Part shown: piece after piece, positions 62,939-64,000 of the stretch | Layout: every line of letters begins with the position of its first letter | How positions within the stretch are numbered: the first letter of the stretch is position 1 | NCBI GenBank assembly: GCA_001643675.2 | Contig: LSRY02000049.1 | Coordinates: 558,001-622,000, forward strand | Direction of reading: 5' to 3' | Source of the DNA: Monocercomonoides exilis PA203 | Taxonomy: Eukaryota > Protista > Preaxostyla | Length of the DNA stretch: 64,000 nt | Notes under the pieces: generated by a model | The model's database searches: none | What the model was told of the DNA's origin: nothing | The model's input: the letters and a program-made list of their open reading frames with translations, nothing else | Made by a program: the position numbers and the translations under genes

Positions 62939-63119
62939 TTATTGATTTTATTGATCAAATGAACCTATATAAAATTTAAACTATTTGATCAATGAAACCA
63001 TTTGGAATTTAATACAAATTATTTGATGAATATTTTTCATGTCATTCATTTTATGATCGAAAATTCTCTTTTTTAAAACCTTTTATATTTTCTGAGGTTC
63101 GTGTTTTTTGTTGCAATTG
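62939..63119. promoter_or_regulatory. Putative bidirectional promoter ArfGAP / WWE-CBM gene (TGATC at 62952, 62986, 63054)
   Basis: 181-bp gap between divergent ATGs. Confidence 0.5.
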
Positions 63120-63971
63120 ATGATAACAGACATTCGCTGGTTTCTTGAACCTCATGGACTAAATTATTCGGTTTTCTAACTCATTATTGCGATCGAAAGA
63201 ATGATAGATAAAAAATCCTTATTTTGAAATATGTACTATGTCTCTTTAATTTGATTGGTGTTTGATTTTTCAGGTTCAGCTCAGTAAAGAAGTTGAAAAA
63301 CAACTTGAACAAGGGTTTCTTCATCAAGAAGTTGGAGATCATGCGCTTCAAAAAGTAATTATAGATTTTCACCCTTCTCAAGAAAGTGTTGAAAGTCTTT
63401 TTTCAAAACCGCCACATCAAGTTGAATATTTTATTGATTTCAAAACAATGAAATTGATTTCATGTGTTGATAAATATGAGGCAAGAATACGCCGAATAGA
63501 TGCAAACGCTACTCCAAGCATTGGATCTCCTATAATCGTTTCATTTGTTTGGCCATTCCAAGGTTCTAGGGTTTTTCTTAGAGGATCTTTCGATGGGTGG
63601 AAATCAAGTGTTCCATTACAACGCAGAAAAGATGACGGAATTTGGGAAGTTACCCTTTTGCTTCTTCCTGGTTTGTAATTTATATTAGAAAAGATTATAT
63701 AAGTTTTATTTAACCTTTTGAAAAAATGGAATTTTGTTGTTAGGATTTACTTATGAATACAAATTTCTAGTTGATGGAAAATGGATGCACAGAATTGATG
63801 AACACGCAACAAGAGACAAAGAAGGTGTGTATTATTATTTGAAAAATAGAATTTTAGTAATTATATTCAACTTGCTATATCATTGGTTTATTTTCTTTAT
63901 GAATATTTTTAGGCAATATCAACAATCTTATTCATGTTCATCTTCCTCAATCAGTTGTGTGCTCTCTCTGA
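63120..63971 (+). CDS. Small protein (195 aa, 4 exons) with N-terminal WWE-like domain and C-terminal AMPK1_CBM/CBM48 glycogen-binding domain
   Basis: Exons 63120-63170, 63274-63670, 63744-63824 and 63913-63971 splice in frame. CBM: FVWPFQGSRVFLRGSFDGW...GIWEVTLLLLPG..YEYKFLVDGKW...DKEGNINNLIHV. WWE-like: RWF...EVEKQLEQGF...YFIDFKTMK......ARIRR. Confidence 0.8.
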
Positions 63972-64000
63972 ACTTCTTCCTGACTAATCATCTCTCCATT

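Noticed and set aside
63262-63971. Calling the CBM gene AMPK beta subunit
   Set aside because: The protein ends right after the CBM, with no C-terminal alpha/gamma-interaction domain and no N-terminal myristoylation Gly.
1-64000. Non-standard genetic code (TAA/TAG = Gln) as in some related metamonads
   Set aside because: TAA terminates HYDIN, CCDC153, COMMD6, DRC7 and RPL26 at their expected C-termini, and multi-kb ORFs contain no in-frame TAR.
1-64000. tRNA, rRNA or snoRNA genes
   Set aside because: No cloverleaf, rRNA-like segment or convincing paired C/D boxes were recognised by eye; a covariance-model scan would be needed to exclude them.

Overview
Gene-dense eukaryotic (flagellated protist) genomic DNA using the standard code, with short AT-rich GT-AG introns (about 50-150 nt) and Ser-rich low-complexity protein insertions. 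The overall style suggests an oxymonad such as Monocercomonoides (inference). I find twelve protein-coding genes: a ~4160-aa surface receptor with beta-helix modules and a pseudokinase, broken by two homopolymer frameshifts; a ~7200-aa HYDIN; CCDC153/DRC12; COMMD6 (absent from the ORF track); a POLQ/HELQ-family helicase with no polymerase domain; PRP38; DRC7; FIP1; a UBA-less RAD23-like protein; RPL26; an ArfGAP2/3-like protein; and a small WWE-like + glycogen-binding (CBM48) protein. Ten of the twelve sit in five tight head-to-head pairs, and nine have a sense-strand TGATC motif 1-61 nt upstream of the ATG. The only two large intergenic gaps (1-3400 and 53200-57870) hold foldback DNA: a long imperfect palindrome, two identical inverted Tc1/mariner-type MITEs, a near-perfect 973-bp palindrome and smaller inverted repeats. 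All family assignments come from motif recognition by eye; no database searches were run.
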